Made by a program: the position numbers and the translations under genes
In this document: piece after piece, positions 46,177 to 55,080 of the stretch
How positions within the stretch are numbered: the first letter of the stretch is position 1
Layout: each line of letters begins with the position of its first letter
NCBI GenBank assembly: GCA_903839725.1
Contig: CAIMDG010000002.1
Location: 135,739-199,738 of the forward strand
Reading direction: 5' to 3'
Source of the DNA: an uncultured bacterium
GTDB taxonomy: Bacteria; Patescibacteriota; Minisyncoccia; Phycocordibacterales; PALSA-1337
DNA length: 64,000 bases
Notes under the pieces: generated by a model
Database searches by the model: none
What the model was told of the DNA's origin: nothing
Seen by the model: only the letters and a program-made list of their open reading frames with translations

Positions 46177-48135
46177 TCACGAATGTGCTTTTTTGTAGCG
46201 CTTTTCAGCCTCTACATTGACGCTGATGCGACCGACGGTCGCAGCTACATCACGCTCAAACTGAACGTTGGCGATTTGTGCCAAGGTGTCCAAATACCGC
46301 AGCGTTTCCTCGAAACGAATCGAGGCGAAGTCCAACCCTTTCATGTTGGCACGGAGGGCTTCCTTCAACATTTCGACCTTGCGGTCGTAAGGCTGCGTGT
46401 AGAACAACTTGGTGTCATCCAACCATTCGCTCGGCAAGTCGAAGTCGAAGATTCGAGCATCGATCGCAGATTGAATATTGCGAACATCGCGAGATGAGAA
46501 TCGCGGATACGATTCGCGCACATACGTGTAGAGGTGCCCGAAGAAGTCGTGTTCCGTTTTCTTCCAACCCTTGGTAGCCCGCTCAACCGCTTCGGCAATC
46601 TTCGGATCCTTGGCGACGTAAATACCACCATCTGTCTTTTGAAGCTCCGCCAAATTGTGCAGAGCCTTTTGTGCAGAGAGGTATTCATAACCCTTAGGAT
46701 CCGCCATGCCGACGAATTTCGAATCGAGCTTCGCGAGCTTGCGATGCCACATGAAGTCTTGATCGATGAAGTCCTCACGACTTTCCGCACCGTCAATCGG
46801 AAATCGAGACTGGACGCGCGAAAGCACGGCAGGATCGATGACCTCGGGCAGATTTGTGAAGAGCTCAATCACCCAATTACCGCGCTGAATGGCAGAAGCA
46901 CCTTCAGTGTTACGAAGGAATACAGAAATGACTTCCTTCACGCCCGCAGATACACCTTCGCGTGAGCGGTCCATGAAGTTATTTTCTGCATCATCAACCG
47001 GCGCATAGACGATTTTGTCGTCATCAGTCAACCGGCGCATCCAGTCTTCCATCCGTTCAGCAGAACCACCCTGGAAGGTGGAAACAACTGTTGCCGGCAT
47101 AGGCCAGAATAGGAACGGGATACTCAATCTTTCACACAACTCCTGGATCAAGGTGGCCGTCGCAGCGATCTGCAAACTTTTGCCAGTGCCAGGAAAGCCG
47201 AACCCCATCCGCGTGCCCGGGAATGAACCGAGCTCAAGAAACGGATTACGCTTGTGAATGACGTCATAGCAGCAGATCATCATCGCGAGGCGTTGAGCAT
47301 AATGCTTCGCACGCCGATTGCCGACGATGTCGCCGAAACCAACCTTGCGGAATTCGACGCTGACCGCTGCACCTTTTGACGTATTCTCGAAACCCTTGAC
47401 GATGAAGTCGGAATTTTCGAGCTTGTAGCTGACCTCGGTGAAGGGTTCGCTGAATGTCAGCGAACTTTTCTTCCCATGAATTTCATTGGTAACAGATTCG
47501 AAATACAGCAAAGCAAGCTTCACTAATTCCAAACCGTTGTTCACAATGCCGGCATCTGCTGAGCAGTAGCGAGCAAAGTAATACACCACGCTGACAAGAC
47601 CGTTTTGAGGAGTCTTATATGCAAGTTCCGGAACACCCGGAAAATCGAGTTTCATAGTCGCCACTTTATCAGCCTGATATCGTGACAATTCGTAAACGAT
47701 GTAAGACGCCGCACCGAACATTGCGATTGCAGAAGCTGTTGCTCCCTTGGCGTTGAACTCGGCCAACTGGCCATTGCCCAAGCTTTTGGAAGCATTCTGC
47801 TGTCGCATAATATCCAGGCCGGCACGTTTTTCATATTGCTGGGCCAAATAAAGTCCCATACATATGCCGTTACGAACCGTAGAGATGACAGTGTTCACCT
47901 CGGGGGTGAGAATCGCACTACTGCCACTGATTTCGTTGGCCAAGGCAAAGATACTGACCGTATCCGTGACCTGTTCTGAAGGAGGGATCGGTTTGATCGA
48001 CAGAGTTTCCCCTGAACGAATAACCGTTTTTGTAGCCCTCCACTGTGTCTGCATCATTGTTGCATCTGCCCACTTCATGAACGCCTCCATATCGGCGGAT
48101 GTAATGGGGAGATATGAGTCTGCTGCATTTGTCAT
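46177..48135 (-). CDS. Classical AAA-family ATPase (652 aa) with an uncharacterised roughly 280 aa N-terminal domain and a C-terminal extension
   Basis: GDIVGNRRAKHYAQRL...GFGFPGTGKSLQIAATATLIQEL (Walker A) and TVVSTFQGGSAERMEDWMRRL (SxxGESEK-like). The Walker B region IVYAPVDDAEN is atypical. GC-rich. Confidence 0.7.
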   Translation of the reverse strand: MTNAADSYLPITSADMEAFMKWADATMMQTQWRATKTVIRSGETLSIKPIPPSEQVTDTVSIFALANEISGSSAILTPEVNTVISTVRNGICMGLYLAQQYEKRAGLDIMRQQNASKSLGNGQLAEFNAKGATASAIAMFGAASYIVYELSRYQADKVATMKLDFPGVPELAYKTPQNGLVSVVYYFARYCSADAGIVNNGLELVKLALLYFESVTNEIHGKKSSLTFSEPFTEVSYKLENSDFIVKGFENTSKGAAVSVEFRKVGFGDIVGNRRAKHYAQRLAMMICCYDVIHKRNPFLELGSFPGTRMGFGFPGTGKSLQIAATATLIQELCERLSIPFLFWPMPATVVSTFQGGSAERMEDWMRRLTDDDKIVYAPVDDAENNFMDRSREGVSAGVKEVISVFLRNTEGASAIQRGNWVIELFTNLPEVIDPAVLSRVQSRFPIDGAESREDFIDQDFMWHRKLAKLDSKFVGMADPKGYEYLSAQKALHNLAELQKTDGGIYVAKDPKIAEAVERATKGWKKTEHDFFGHLYTYVRESYPRFSSRDVRNIQSAIDARIFDFDLPSEWLDDTKLFYTQPYDRKVEMLKEALRANMKGLDFASIRFEETLRYLDTLAQIANVQFERDVAATVGRISVNVEAEKRYKKAHS

Positions 48136-48159
48136 AAGTTAATCTTTCTTTTGGTTGAG

Positions 48160-48193
48160 AAAAGGGGCGGGAAGAAAACTTCCCGCCCCCAGT
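48160..48193 (-). terminator. Intrinsic terminator after the coiled-coil protein gene
   Basis: ggggcgggaag aaaa cttcccgcccc (11 bp perfect stem), followed on the minus strand by tttt. A second hairpin aacggca aaacaa tgccgtt at 48198-48217 overlaps the stop codon. Confidence 0.7.
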
Positions 48194-48215
48194 TTGCAAC
48201 GGCAAAACAATGCCG

Positions 48216-49625
48216 TTACGGTTTTTCGTTACCACCGCCGGGGGGCGGATTGCCGTCACCTGATGGCGGAGGAGGAGCTGAGAACAGGGAGCTTCCCGTG
48301 TTAACGCCTTCGTAACCTTCCGACATCATGGTTAGCATCGTGTCAGCGCGATCGCGTGTGCGCTTGAAGTGCTTCCTGAGCGCCTCGCAGATGACTTCGT
48401 TTTCACGAAGCAGACCCGGTTGTTCTTCCAGATCCTCCATGAGTGCATTGTCAGCCGCGACGATCGCCGCCGCACTGCGTTCCGACATGTTCCGATCGGT
48501 TGTGATACCAATCTTCTTGATCAAACCATCGAACTTTTGGTCCGCAATGGTCTGCATGTTCACCAGTGACGCCGGATACATCTTGGCGCGCTCTTCGGTG
48601 TCAGACTTGAGACGCGCAATGCGCGCCTTGTGCCGACCTTGAAGTTTGATCGCGGTGATGTGCTCCAGCTCGAGCAACTTGAGGTTCCGTTCCTTCGACT
48701 GGAAGTAGGTCAGGGCGACCTCGCGATCACTGCGGATTTGCTCCACTTGTGCCACGAGGTTCGAAATGACTTTTTCTTGAGCCGAGTAGTCCGGAGTGCC
48801 GTTGGCAAAGGTGCTGAGCGTCGCCTGCTCTGTTTCCAGGGCAGCCTCGTTCTTTTCGAGGTCAGCAGTAAGTTTCTCCATCTGCTTTGCGGCAAGTTCC
48901 TTTTCACGCAACGCCACTGTCCGGCGCTCGTCGAGAATACCGATCTGCACTTGCAGTTCTTCGACACGAACCGTCATGATTTGCACGGTCTTGTTGCTCA
49001 AGCTGACGAAGGCATCGACGGACTTCTCCATCGTTGCATCCATCAAACGTTGACGAACACGAGAGGCCATGTCAACTTCGGCCGCCGCAATCCCCTGCTG
49101 GTCGAGTTCGAGCTGCCGTTCGAGTTCGGCGGCAGCGCGATCACGAATCCCAAAGGGATTGAACCAGCTGGCTTTTTTGGATTCCAAAGCCTGTTTGGTC
49201 TTTGCGTGTTTGTTCTTGGCGTTCTGGACCAAGGCCAACTCTTCAGCGCTGGGTTCGACCAGGGCCTTGAATTGTTGGTCCATGCCTTCGGTGACCTGTT
49301 GCAAGGCTTCCATTGAGCCCGCGAAATCACGTTCATCGCGTTCGGCCTGAACCTTTACGGATTCGAATGTCGATCCCGTAATACGAGCCTGCACCGTTGC
49401 ACGATCTTGGGCACCATCCTTGATGCCTTCTTCGACGATTTCGTCGAGGCGAGCCGCCGTGCGACGACGAGTGCTTGCGACGTTTGCCCGGCTATCCGCC
49501 ATGACTTGGTTGCCCAAGTTGAGGATACCGGCCAATCCGCCACCGTCACCGTCGCCAGGGCCGCTACCATTTGTTTGGGTTGATCCAGGAGGTTTACTCC
49601 CAGGAGTTCTACGAGTTGGTGTCAT
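48216..49625 (-). CDS. Coiled-coil protein (469 aa) with Pro/Gly-rich termini; tentatively TelA-like (toxic anion resistance family)
   Basis: Long heptad-rich central region (…LQVQIGILDERRTVALREKELAAKQMEKLTADLEKNEAALETEQ…). The termini are PGSKPPGSTQTNGSGPGDGDGGG and PPPPSGDGNPPPGGGNEKP. Weak resemblance to TelA segments (KKASWFNPFG, MSERSAAAIVAADNALMEDLEE). Confidence 0.45.
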   Translation of the reverse strand: MTPTRRTPGSKPPGSTQTNGSGPGDGDGGGLAGILNLGNQVMADSRANVASTRRRTAARLDEIVEEGIKDGAQDRATVQARITGSTFESVKVQAERDERDFAGSMEALQQVTEGMDQQFKALVEPSAEELALVQNAKNKHAKTKQALESKKASWFNPFGIRDRAAAELERQLELDQQGIAAAEVDMASRVRQRLMDATMEKSVDAFVSLSNKTVQIMTVRVEELQVQIGILDERRTVALREKELAAKQMEKLTADLEKNEAALETEQATLSTFANGTPDYSAQEKVISNLVAQVEQIRSDREVALTYFQSKERNLKLLELEHITAIKLQGRHKARIARLKSDTEERAKMYPASLVNMQTIADQKFDGLIKKIGITTDRNMSERSAAAIVAADNALMEDLEEQPGLLRENEVICEALRKHFKRTRDRADTMLTMMSEGYEGVNTGSSLFSAPPPPSGDGNPPPGGGNEKP

Positions 49626-49796
49626 AATTCAATCCGTGGTTCTATGTTTGGGTTGAGAGGTTTGTGTTGCACATTCGCTTTTCAAAGGACTAAACGAACG
49701 CACTACTGGAAAAGACCATAGCAAACTTATACGCTCTTGTCAAGAGAGTCATTTACTACAGCTTTACGTCTCCCGTCGACCTCAAAAGAGGGCCTT

Positions 49797-49830
49797 GACA
49801 AAGCCGTATTTCTGTATAGTATGTTGATTG
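49797..49830 (+). promoter_or_regulatory. Near-consensus sigma70-like promoter for the 49865..50398 gene, plus a divergent -35 palindrome
   Basis: ttgacaaagccgtatttctgtatagtatg has a TTGACA -35 and a TATAGT/TATGTT -10. Upstream, the palindrome ctcttgtcaagag (49734-49746) places a TTGACA on the minus strand 17 nt from TATGGT, a candidate promoter for the coiled-coil gene. Confidence 0.5.
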
Positions 49831-49864
49831 AGTCTCAAACCTCGAACATTACCAAAACCATATT

Positions 49865-50398
49865 ATGAAAGCACTGCTCCTCACTCGGCGCACTCGTATT
49901 CCTGCATCGATTCGTCAATGCCTGAATGCCGGTGCAAGCACATTTGTCGTCACGGAAGTTACTGGCGGTAACCATTACCAAATCGCAGAATCCATTCGAA
50001 GACACATCCGGTATTCTGCTCCGACTATTATCGCCATCGATGGCGAATATGGAGCCACCGATGCGGCAGCGTGGACTCAATTGTCAAAGCTTGATCCCGA
50101 ATCACTTCGCCTGCGCATCTTGTCAGATCAAGGTCTGCCCAAAAGTCTCGAACTTCTCAAGATCGCCCACGCCGTCAAGGGAAACTTAACCGGCGTCGTG
50201 ATCTTCATTGAAAAGCCGAGCGACACACTTCGCACCGAGCTCCGTCGCATCGGCGCACTCTGGGTCTGGCCGACGTTGAACAAGCCGACCGGTCTCGAAT
50301 CTTCATTCTACAAGATCATTACCGGTATCCACCGCTTCACCGCCGGCTTCAAAGATCTCATTGATGTCGCTGTCGGCGAAATCACCGGCAAGAAATAG
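49865..50398 (+). CDS. Hypothetical protein (177 aa), GC-rich
   Basis: ORF with good coding composition. It has its own promoter-like site, and a terminator follows at 50419-50450. Confidence 0.45.
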   Translation: MKALLLTRRTRIPASIRQCLNAGASTFVVTEVTGGNHYQIAESIRRHIRYSAPTIIAIDGEYGATDAAAWTQLSKLDPESLRLRILSDQGLPKSLELLKIAHAVKGNLTGVVIFIEKPSDTLRTELRRIGALWVWPTLNKPTGLESSFYKIITGIHRFTAGFKDLIDVAVGEITGKK

Positions 50399-50418
50399 CG
50401 TCACTCATTTCCCATCAT

Positions 50419-50450
50419 CCCTCTGGAATTTTCCGGAGGGGTTTTTATTT
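50419..50450 (+). terminator. Intrinsic terminator after the 49865..50398 gene
   Basis: ccctctgg aatttt ccggaggg gtttttattt. Confidence 0.65.
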
Positions 50451-50483
50451 CACCACTATAAGAACAACAAAATATATACAAAC

Positions 50484-50518
50484 AAAAAACACCAACCCTT
50501 TATGAGCTGGTGTTTTTT
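50484..50518 (-). terminator. Intrinsic terminator after fusA
   Basis: aaaaaacacca accctttatgagc tggtgtttttt, a bidirectional A/T-flanked hairpin. Confidence 0.65.
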
Positions 50519-50532
50519 GAATAATGTAAATA

Positions 50533-52677
50533 CTATTTTCTCTTTTCAACGATAGCCTTCTCAACATTTCCTGGAACCACTTCATAGTGATCGAATTCCA
50601 TCATGGCACTTCCCTGACCTGATGTCATAGAGCGAAGTTGTGTGGTATATCCGAACATTTCTGACAATGGAACCTTGGCATGAATAGCAATCGCTTGACC
50701 ACGAGGTTCTGAACCTTCAACCTGTCCACGCTTTGAAGCAATAGAACCGTTGACGTCACCCATATACTTTTCTGGTGCGATAACTTCGAGCTTCATGATA
50801 GGTTCGAGGATAACTGGCTTCGCGCGCTTTGCAGCATCCTGGAATGCTTGTGATGCAGCGATCTTGTAGGCAATTTCTGATGAGTCAACATCGTGATACG
50901 AACCGAAAGTAAGTTCACAAGAAACATTCACCATTTTGAAACCAGCAACAATACCGCGATCGAGAGCTTCGCGAACACCCTTTTCAACTGCTGGAATGAA
51001 TTCATTTGGAATAACACCTCCCTTGATAGAGTTGATGAATTCAAAGTCATCATAACGCTTAACGTTCTTTGGAATCTTTTCACCCTCAACGAGAGGTTCC
51101 ATAGGTTTGAGGGTGAGACGGACGTGACCGTACTGACCTTTACCTCCTGTCTGCTTGATATATTTGTGTTCAGCTTCAGCAGTATTCATGATTGTCTCAC
51201 GATATGCTACCTGAGGTTCACCAACATTTGCTTCAACACCGAATTCACGCTTCATACGATCAACCATGATTTCGAGGTGGAGTTCTCCCATTCCCGAAAT
51301 AATAGTCTCGCCTGTTTCAGGGTTTGAAGTGATACGGAATGTTGGATCTTCGTTACCAAGTTTCTTCAAAGCCATACCCATTTTTTCTTGGTCAGCCTTT
51401 GTCTTTGGTTCAATGCGGAGAGAGACCACAGGTTCCATGAATTTGATAACTTCGAGAATGATAGGATTGGCTTCATCACAGAATGTGTGAGAAGTAAGAG
51501 CATCTTTCAAACCAACGGCTGCAGCAATTTCCCCCGCGAACACTTTCTTCACTTCTTCACGCTTGTCAGCCTGGAGACGAACGATACGGCCGAGACGTTC
51601 CTTCTTGCCTGTCGTAGCATTGTAAATATATGTTCCTGCTTCGATCGATCCTGAATACACACGGAAGAATGTGAGTGCTCCGACGAATGGATCGTTTTGA
51701 AGTTTGAATGCGAGAGCTGAGAAAGGTTCAGTATCAGATGCATGACGTTCGATCTCGCCTCCAGTATTTGGATCAATACCCTTGATAGCTGGCATATCGA
51801 GTGGAGATGGGAGGTAATCAACAACTGCGTCGAGAACCAACTGAACTCCAACGTTCTTCAAAGCTGAACCGGTAAAGACTGGGAAAATCTTGTTTGCAAT
51901 AACTGCTTTACGAGCAACTACTTTGAAATCTGCGATAGAAATTTCTTTACCATCAAGGAAGTTCTGCATAGCAACATCATCTGTTTCAACAACCTTTTCA
52001 ATCATTTCTGCACGATATTTCTTTGCATCTTCGAGCATATCTGCAGGAATCTCCTTTTCGATAATGTTAATACCCTTCTCACCGTCGAAGAAGTACGCCT
52101 TCATTTTCAAAAGATCAACAACACCTTCATGATTAGACTCATTTCCGATAGGAAGTTGGAAACGAACTGCATTCTTATTCAAGCGCTCAAGAATAGACTT
52201 GTATGAACGTTCGAATGATGCACCCATGCGGTCCATCTTGTTGATGAAACACAAACGAGGAACCTTGGCTTCATCGGCATAACGCCAGTTAGTCTCAGAC
52301 TGAGGTTCAACGCCGGCCACGCCGTCGAAGACCACAACCGCACCGTCGAGCACGCGGAGAGAACGCTTCACTTCTACAGTAAAGTCGATGTGTCCTGGTG
52401 TATCGATGATGTTGAAACGAACTTTCTTTGAAACATCTTCCTTGGGCATATACGAAGGATTCCAAAAACAAGTGATCGCAGCCGCAGTAATAGTAATACC
52501 GCGTTCACGTTCCTGTTCCATCCAGTCAGTAGTTGTTTCACCTTCGTGAACTTCACCAATCTTGTGGATCATACCTGTGTAATACAGGATACGTTCTGAA
52601 GTTGTAGTTTTGCCGGCATCAATGTGAGCAATGATACCGAAGTTGCGTACCTTATCGAGTGAGTAATCGCGATTCAT
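50533..52677 (-). CDS. fusA: Elongation factor G
   Basis: AHIDAGKTTTSERILYYTG, DTPGHIDF and NKMDR motifs. 714 aa. Confidence 0.95.
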   Translation of the reverse strand: MNRDYSLDKVRNFGIIAHIDAGKTTTSERILYYTGMIHKIGEVHEGETTTDWMEQERERGITITAAAITCFWNPSYMPKEDVSKKVRFNIIDTPGHIDFTVEVKRSLRVLDGAVVVFDGVAGVEPQSETNWRYADEAKVPRLCFINKMDRMGASFERSYKSILERLNKNAVRFQLPIGNESNHEGVVDLLKMKAYFFDGEKGINIIEKEIPADMLEDAKKYRAEMIEKVVETDDVAMQNFLDGKEISIADFKVVARKAVIANKIFPVFTGSALKNVGVQLVLDAVVDYLPSPLDMPAIKGIDPNTGGEIERHASDTEPFSALAFKLQNDPFVGALTFFRVYSGSIEAGTYIYNATTGKKERLGRIVRLQADKREEVKKVFAGEIAAAVGLKDALTSHTFCDEANPIILEVIKFMEPVVSLRIEPKTKADQEKMGMALKKLGNEDPTFRITSNPETGETIISGMGELHLEIMVDRMKREFGVEANVGEPQVAYRETIMNTAEAEHKYIKQTGGKGQYGHVRLTLKPMEPLVEGEKIPKNVKRYDDFEFINSIKGGVIPNEFIPAVEKGVREALDRGIVAGFKMVNVSCELTFGSYHDVDSSEIAYKIAASQAFQDAAKRAKPVILEPIMKLEVIAPEKYMGDVNGSIASKRGQVEGSEPRGQAIAIHAKVPLSEMFGYTTQLRSMTSGQGSAMMEFDHYEVVPGNVEKAIVEKRK

Positions 52678-52697
52678 ATAATCTTAAAAATTAAATA

Positions 52698-53094
52698 TTA
52701 AATCTCAAATTTTAGTAATCTTACTATTTTTCTTCATTGTAATTATACTCGCTCCCAATATATTTGATATCTCAACAGTCTCCTTAAGAATCGTTTCTGC
52801 TATGTCTTTTTGAAGCTTTCCTGTATCACGAGCCAATCCTATCCATAATTTAGACTCATTTGCAGACTTTAAACTATACGTGTAGAAATTGATGTAATCT
52901 TTTCTAGAACTTGCACCTTTAGCTTCAACAACATTCGCAACAACCGATGTTCCACTTCTTATCAACTGTCTTGCAATCACCTGACCTGAAATATCTTTAG
53001 AGAACTTATCGACGCATCTCACAATCTCAATGGCATACTTGTATAATCTTGCATCAATTTCCTTCTTCGTCATTTTTGAGATTTGAGATTTAAT
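52698..53094 (-). mobile_element. Putative mobile cassette: four-helix-bundle gene bounded by 14 bp perfect terminal inverted repeats
   Basis: attaaatctcaaat at 52698-52711 and its exact reverse complement atttgagatttaat at 53081-53094. The left repeat includes the gene's stop codon and the right repeat lies 8 nt upstream of its ATG. Extra partial tandem copies of tttgagattt occur at 53075-53091. The cassette interrupts the conserved rpsG-fusA junction. Confidence 0.55.
52705..53073 (-). CDS. Four-helix-bundle protein (TIGR02436-like; 23S rRNA intervening-sequence protein family)
   Basis: MTKKEIDARLYKYAIEIVRCVDKFSKDISGQVIARQLIRSGTSVVANVVEAKGASSRKDYINFYTYSLKSANESKLWI matches the four-helix-bundle family pattern (SxxANIAEG-like SGTSVVANVVEA, FxxFLxIAxGSxxE-like). 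Confidence 0.75.
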   Translation of the reverse strand: MTKKEIDARLYKYAIEIVRCVDKFSKDISGQVIARQLIRSGTSVVANVVEAKGASSRKDYINFYTYSLKSANESKLWIGLARDTGKLQKDIAETILKETVEISNILGASIITMKKNSKITKI

Positions 53095-53109
53095 CTTTCA
53101 GATTGAAAC

Positions 53110-53580
53110 TTACCAAGCAAAGTGAGCAAAAGCCTTGTTTGCTTCCGCCATCTTGTGAACGTTTTCACGCTTCTTAACTGCTTCTCCTTCATTCTTTGAT
53201 GCTGCGATGATTTCGTCAGCGAGTTTGAGGTGTATAGGCTTTCCCTTCTTTCCACGAGCCGCTTCAACGATCCACTTCATAGAAAGTGAATTCTTGCGTT
53301 CTGGGCGAACTTCACGAGGAACTTGGTAGTTTGCTCCACCGACACGGCGTGAACGAACTTCCATAGCTGGTGCAGTATTCTTGAGAGCCGCCTCGAAAAC
53401 TTCGAGAGGATTCTCATTTTTTGTCTGTTCTTTAATCGCAATCATACAATCAGCAACAATCTGGCGAGCAATGTTCTTCTTGCCTGACTCCATAATATAG
53501 TTAGTAAGCTTGGCGAGTTTCAATGACTGATATGTCACATCTGGCTTGAGCTCACGCTTGAGGTTTAATTTTCTTCGCAT
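53110..53580 (-). CDS. rpsG: 30S ribosomal protein S7
   Basis: 156 aa with the pattern RRVGGANYQVPREVRPERKNSLSMKWIVEAARGKKGKPIHLKLADEIIAASKNEG. Confidence 0.93.
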   Translation of the reverse strand: MRRKLNLKRELKPDVTYQSLKLAKLTNYIMESGKKNIARQIVADCMIAIKEQTKNENPLEVFEAALKNTAPAMEVRSRRVGGANYQVPREVRPERKNSLSMKWIVEAARGKKGKPIHLKLADEIIAASKNEGEAVKKRENVHKMAEANKAFAHFAW

Positions 53581-53591
53581 AGTAGTAGGGG

Positions 53592-54008
53592 TTATTTAGC
53601 TGCTTTTGGCTTCTTGTTACCATATTGACTGCGACCTTTTCTGCGCTTATCTACGCCAGCTGCATCGAGCACACCGCGAACAACTGAGTAACGGAGACCA
53701 ACGTCTTTGACGCGACCGCCACGAAGGAGGACCACTGAGTGTTCCTGGAGGTTGTGACCTTCACCTGGAATATATGCAGTAACTTCAAGACCATTTGTAA
53801 GACGAACACGAGCAATCTTGCGGATAGCTGAGTTAGGCTTCTTTGGAGTCTTTGTTGTAACTTTCACGCACACGCCGCGCTTGAATGGAGCCGGGAAGAA
53901 AACTGGTCGGTTCTTGACCGAGTTGAAGGTGCGGGTGAGCGCAATAGACTTCGACTTGCGGGTGAAGCGAGCACGATTCTTCTTGATTAACTGGTTGATT
54001 GTAGGCAT
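53592..54008 (-). CDS. rpsL: 30S ribosomal protein S12
   Basis: [10 protein letters not shown]... [18 protein letters not shown] ... [15 protein letters not shown] is the canonical S12. Confidence 0.95.
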   Translation of the reverse strand: MPTINQLIKKNRARFTRKSKSIALTRTFNSVKNRPVFFPAPFKRGVCVKVTTKTPKKPNSAIRKIARVRLTNGLEVTAYIPGEGHNLQEHSVVLLRGGRVKDVGLRYSVVRGVLDAAGVDKRRKGRSQYGNKKPKAAK

Positions 54009-54046
54009 GAATAAAATTAGTTTACAGTAAAAAATGAAAAGTGATT
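54009..54046 (-). promoter_or_regulatory. Conserved leader motif copy C (5' leader of rpsL)
   Basis: aataaaattagtttacagtaaaaaatgaaaagtgatta shares the core TTAGTTTACAGT(G/A)AAAAATGAAAAGT with copies A and B. Confidence 0.65.
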
Positions 54047-54261
54047 AGTTGGACGCACAGCAGCGCGCATACAACTTTGCACTTTACACTTCTAACTTTT
54101 AACTGTTATGTGGCAGTCCTGAATTATTCACCGCTTTGGGTTTGAGATATACCCTGACGATTACTCATTCTTGCCGTAATAATGTACTGGTCCAAAGTTT
54201 CCTTTAGATAGTGGAGATACCATATCATATAGATAGAGGATGTACAAGATATGAGAGTACG

Positions 54262-54375
54262 ACAGGAGGAGGGGCATTACTCATTTTCCGCACAAGTTTA
54301 GAGACACTTACATTACACAGCGTACCGCAGTGTTTACAAACTTGTGCGGAAAATGAGTAATGTCCCTCCTCCTGT
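54262..54375. repeat. Long-palindrome element (short-core type): 38 bp arms (1 mismatch) and a 38 nt loop, upstream of the rpsL leader
   Basis: Arms acaggaggaggggcattactcattttccgcacaagttt and aaacttgtgcggaaaatgagtaatgtccctcctcctgt. The loop gagacacttacattacacagcgtaccgcagtgtttac is related, as its reverse complement, to the 25038 copy's loop. Confidence 0.85.
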
Positions 54376-54401
54376 TGTGCGTATTGATTTAAATCAAGCC
54401 T

Positions 54402-55004
54402 CTAAAAACCAGTAAAAATCCTTAAAATAAATGGTATTACTGGGTATACAAATTGCCATACGATCAAAAGAGCGATCATGACAAAGAATGGAGAATACGC
54501 TTCGAGCGTCATGCGAACTCTTCCATATTGTTGTGGTAATACTGAAAAAAGAAGTTTTGAACCATCGAGAGGTGGTAAAGGAATCAAATTGAATACTGCA
54601 AGAGTAATATTGATAATCACAATATACATTGATATGTATATAAACGGTGTCATAGAACCATCAAAAGTAAAACGAATAATCGTGCCGAAAATAAAAGCGA
54701 TAATGATATTTGAAGCAGGGCCGGCAAGAGCAATCAGGAATTCTCCCCAACGTTTATTCTTGAGATTGTACGGATTGTAGATGACGGGCTTTGCCCAACC
54801 AAAAGAAAAACTAGTGAGTAGATATGTCATGATTGGTACGACGATAGAACCAACTGGATCAATGTGTTTGAGCGGATTCAAGGTCAATCTCCCCTGTAAA
54901 CGAGCGGTTGGATCACCAAGTACATCAGCCATATAGCCATGAGATACCTCATGGACAATAACTGAAAATATAAGAATGACTATAGAAAGTATCGTAATCA
55001 ACAT
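54402..55004 (-). CDS. M50 family (site-2 protease-like) membrane zinc metalloprotease
   Basis: IVHEVSHGYMADVLGD (HExxH in a TM helix). 200 aa and polytopic. Confidence 0.75.
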   Translation of the reverse strand: MLITILSIVILIFSVIVHEVSHGYMADVLGDPTARLQGRLTLNPLKHIDPVGSIVVPIMTYLLTSFSFGWAKPVIYNPYNLKNKRWGEFLIALAGPASNIIIAFIFGTIIRFTFDGSMTPFIYISMYIVIINITLAVFNLIPLPPLDGSKLLFSVLPQQYGRVRMTLEAYSPFFVMIALLIVWQFVYPVIPFILRIFTGF

Positions 55005-55080
55005 AATAGTGTGTACGTGTAGTCTATCAGAAACTTGCCAAATAGATAACTTGTGATAGTATAGTTCCTACACAACTTTT

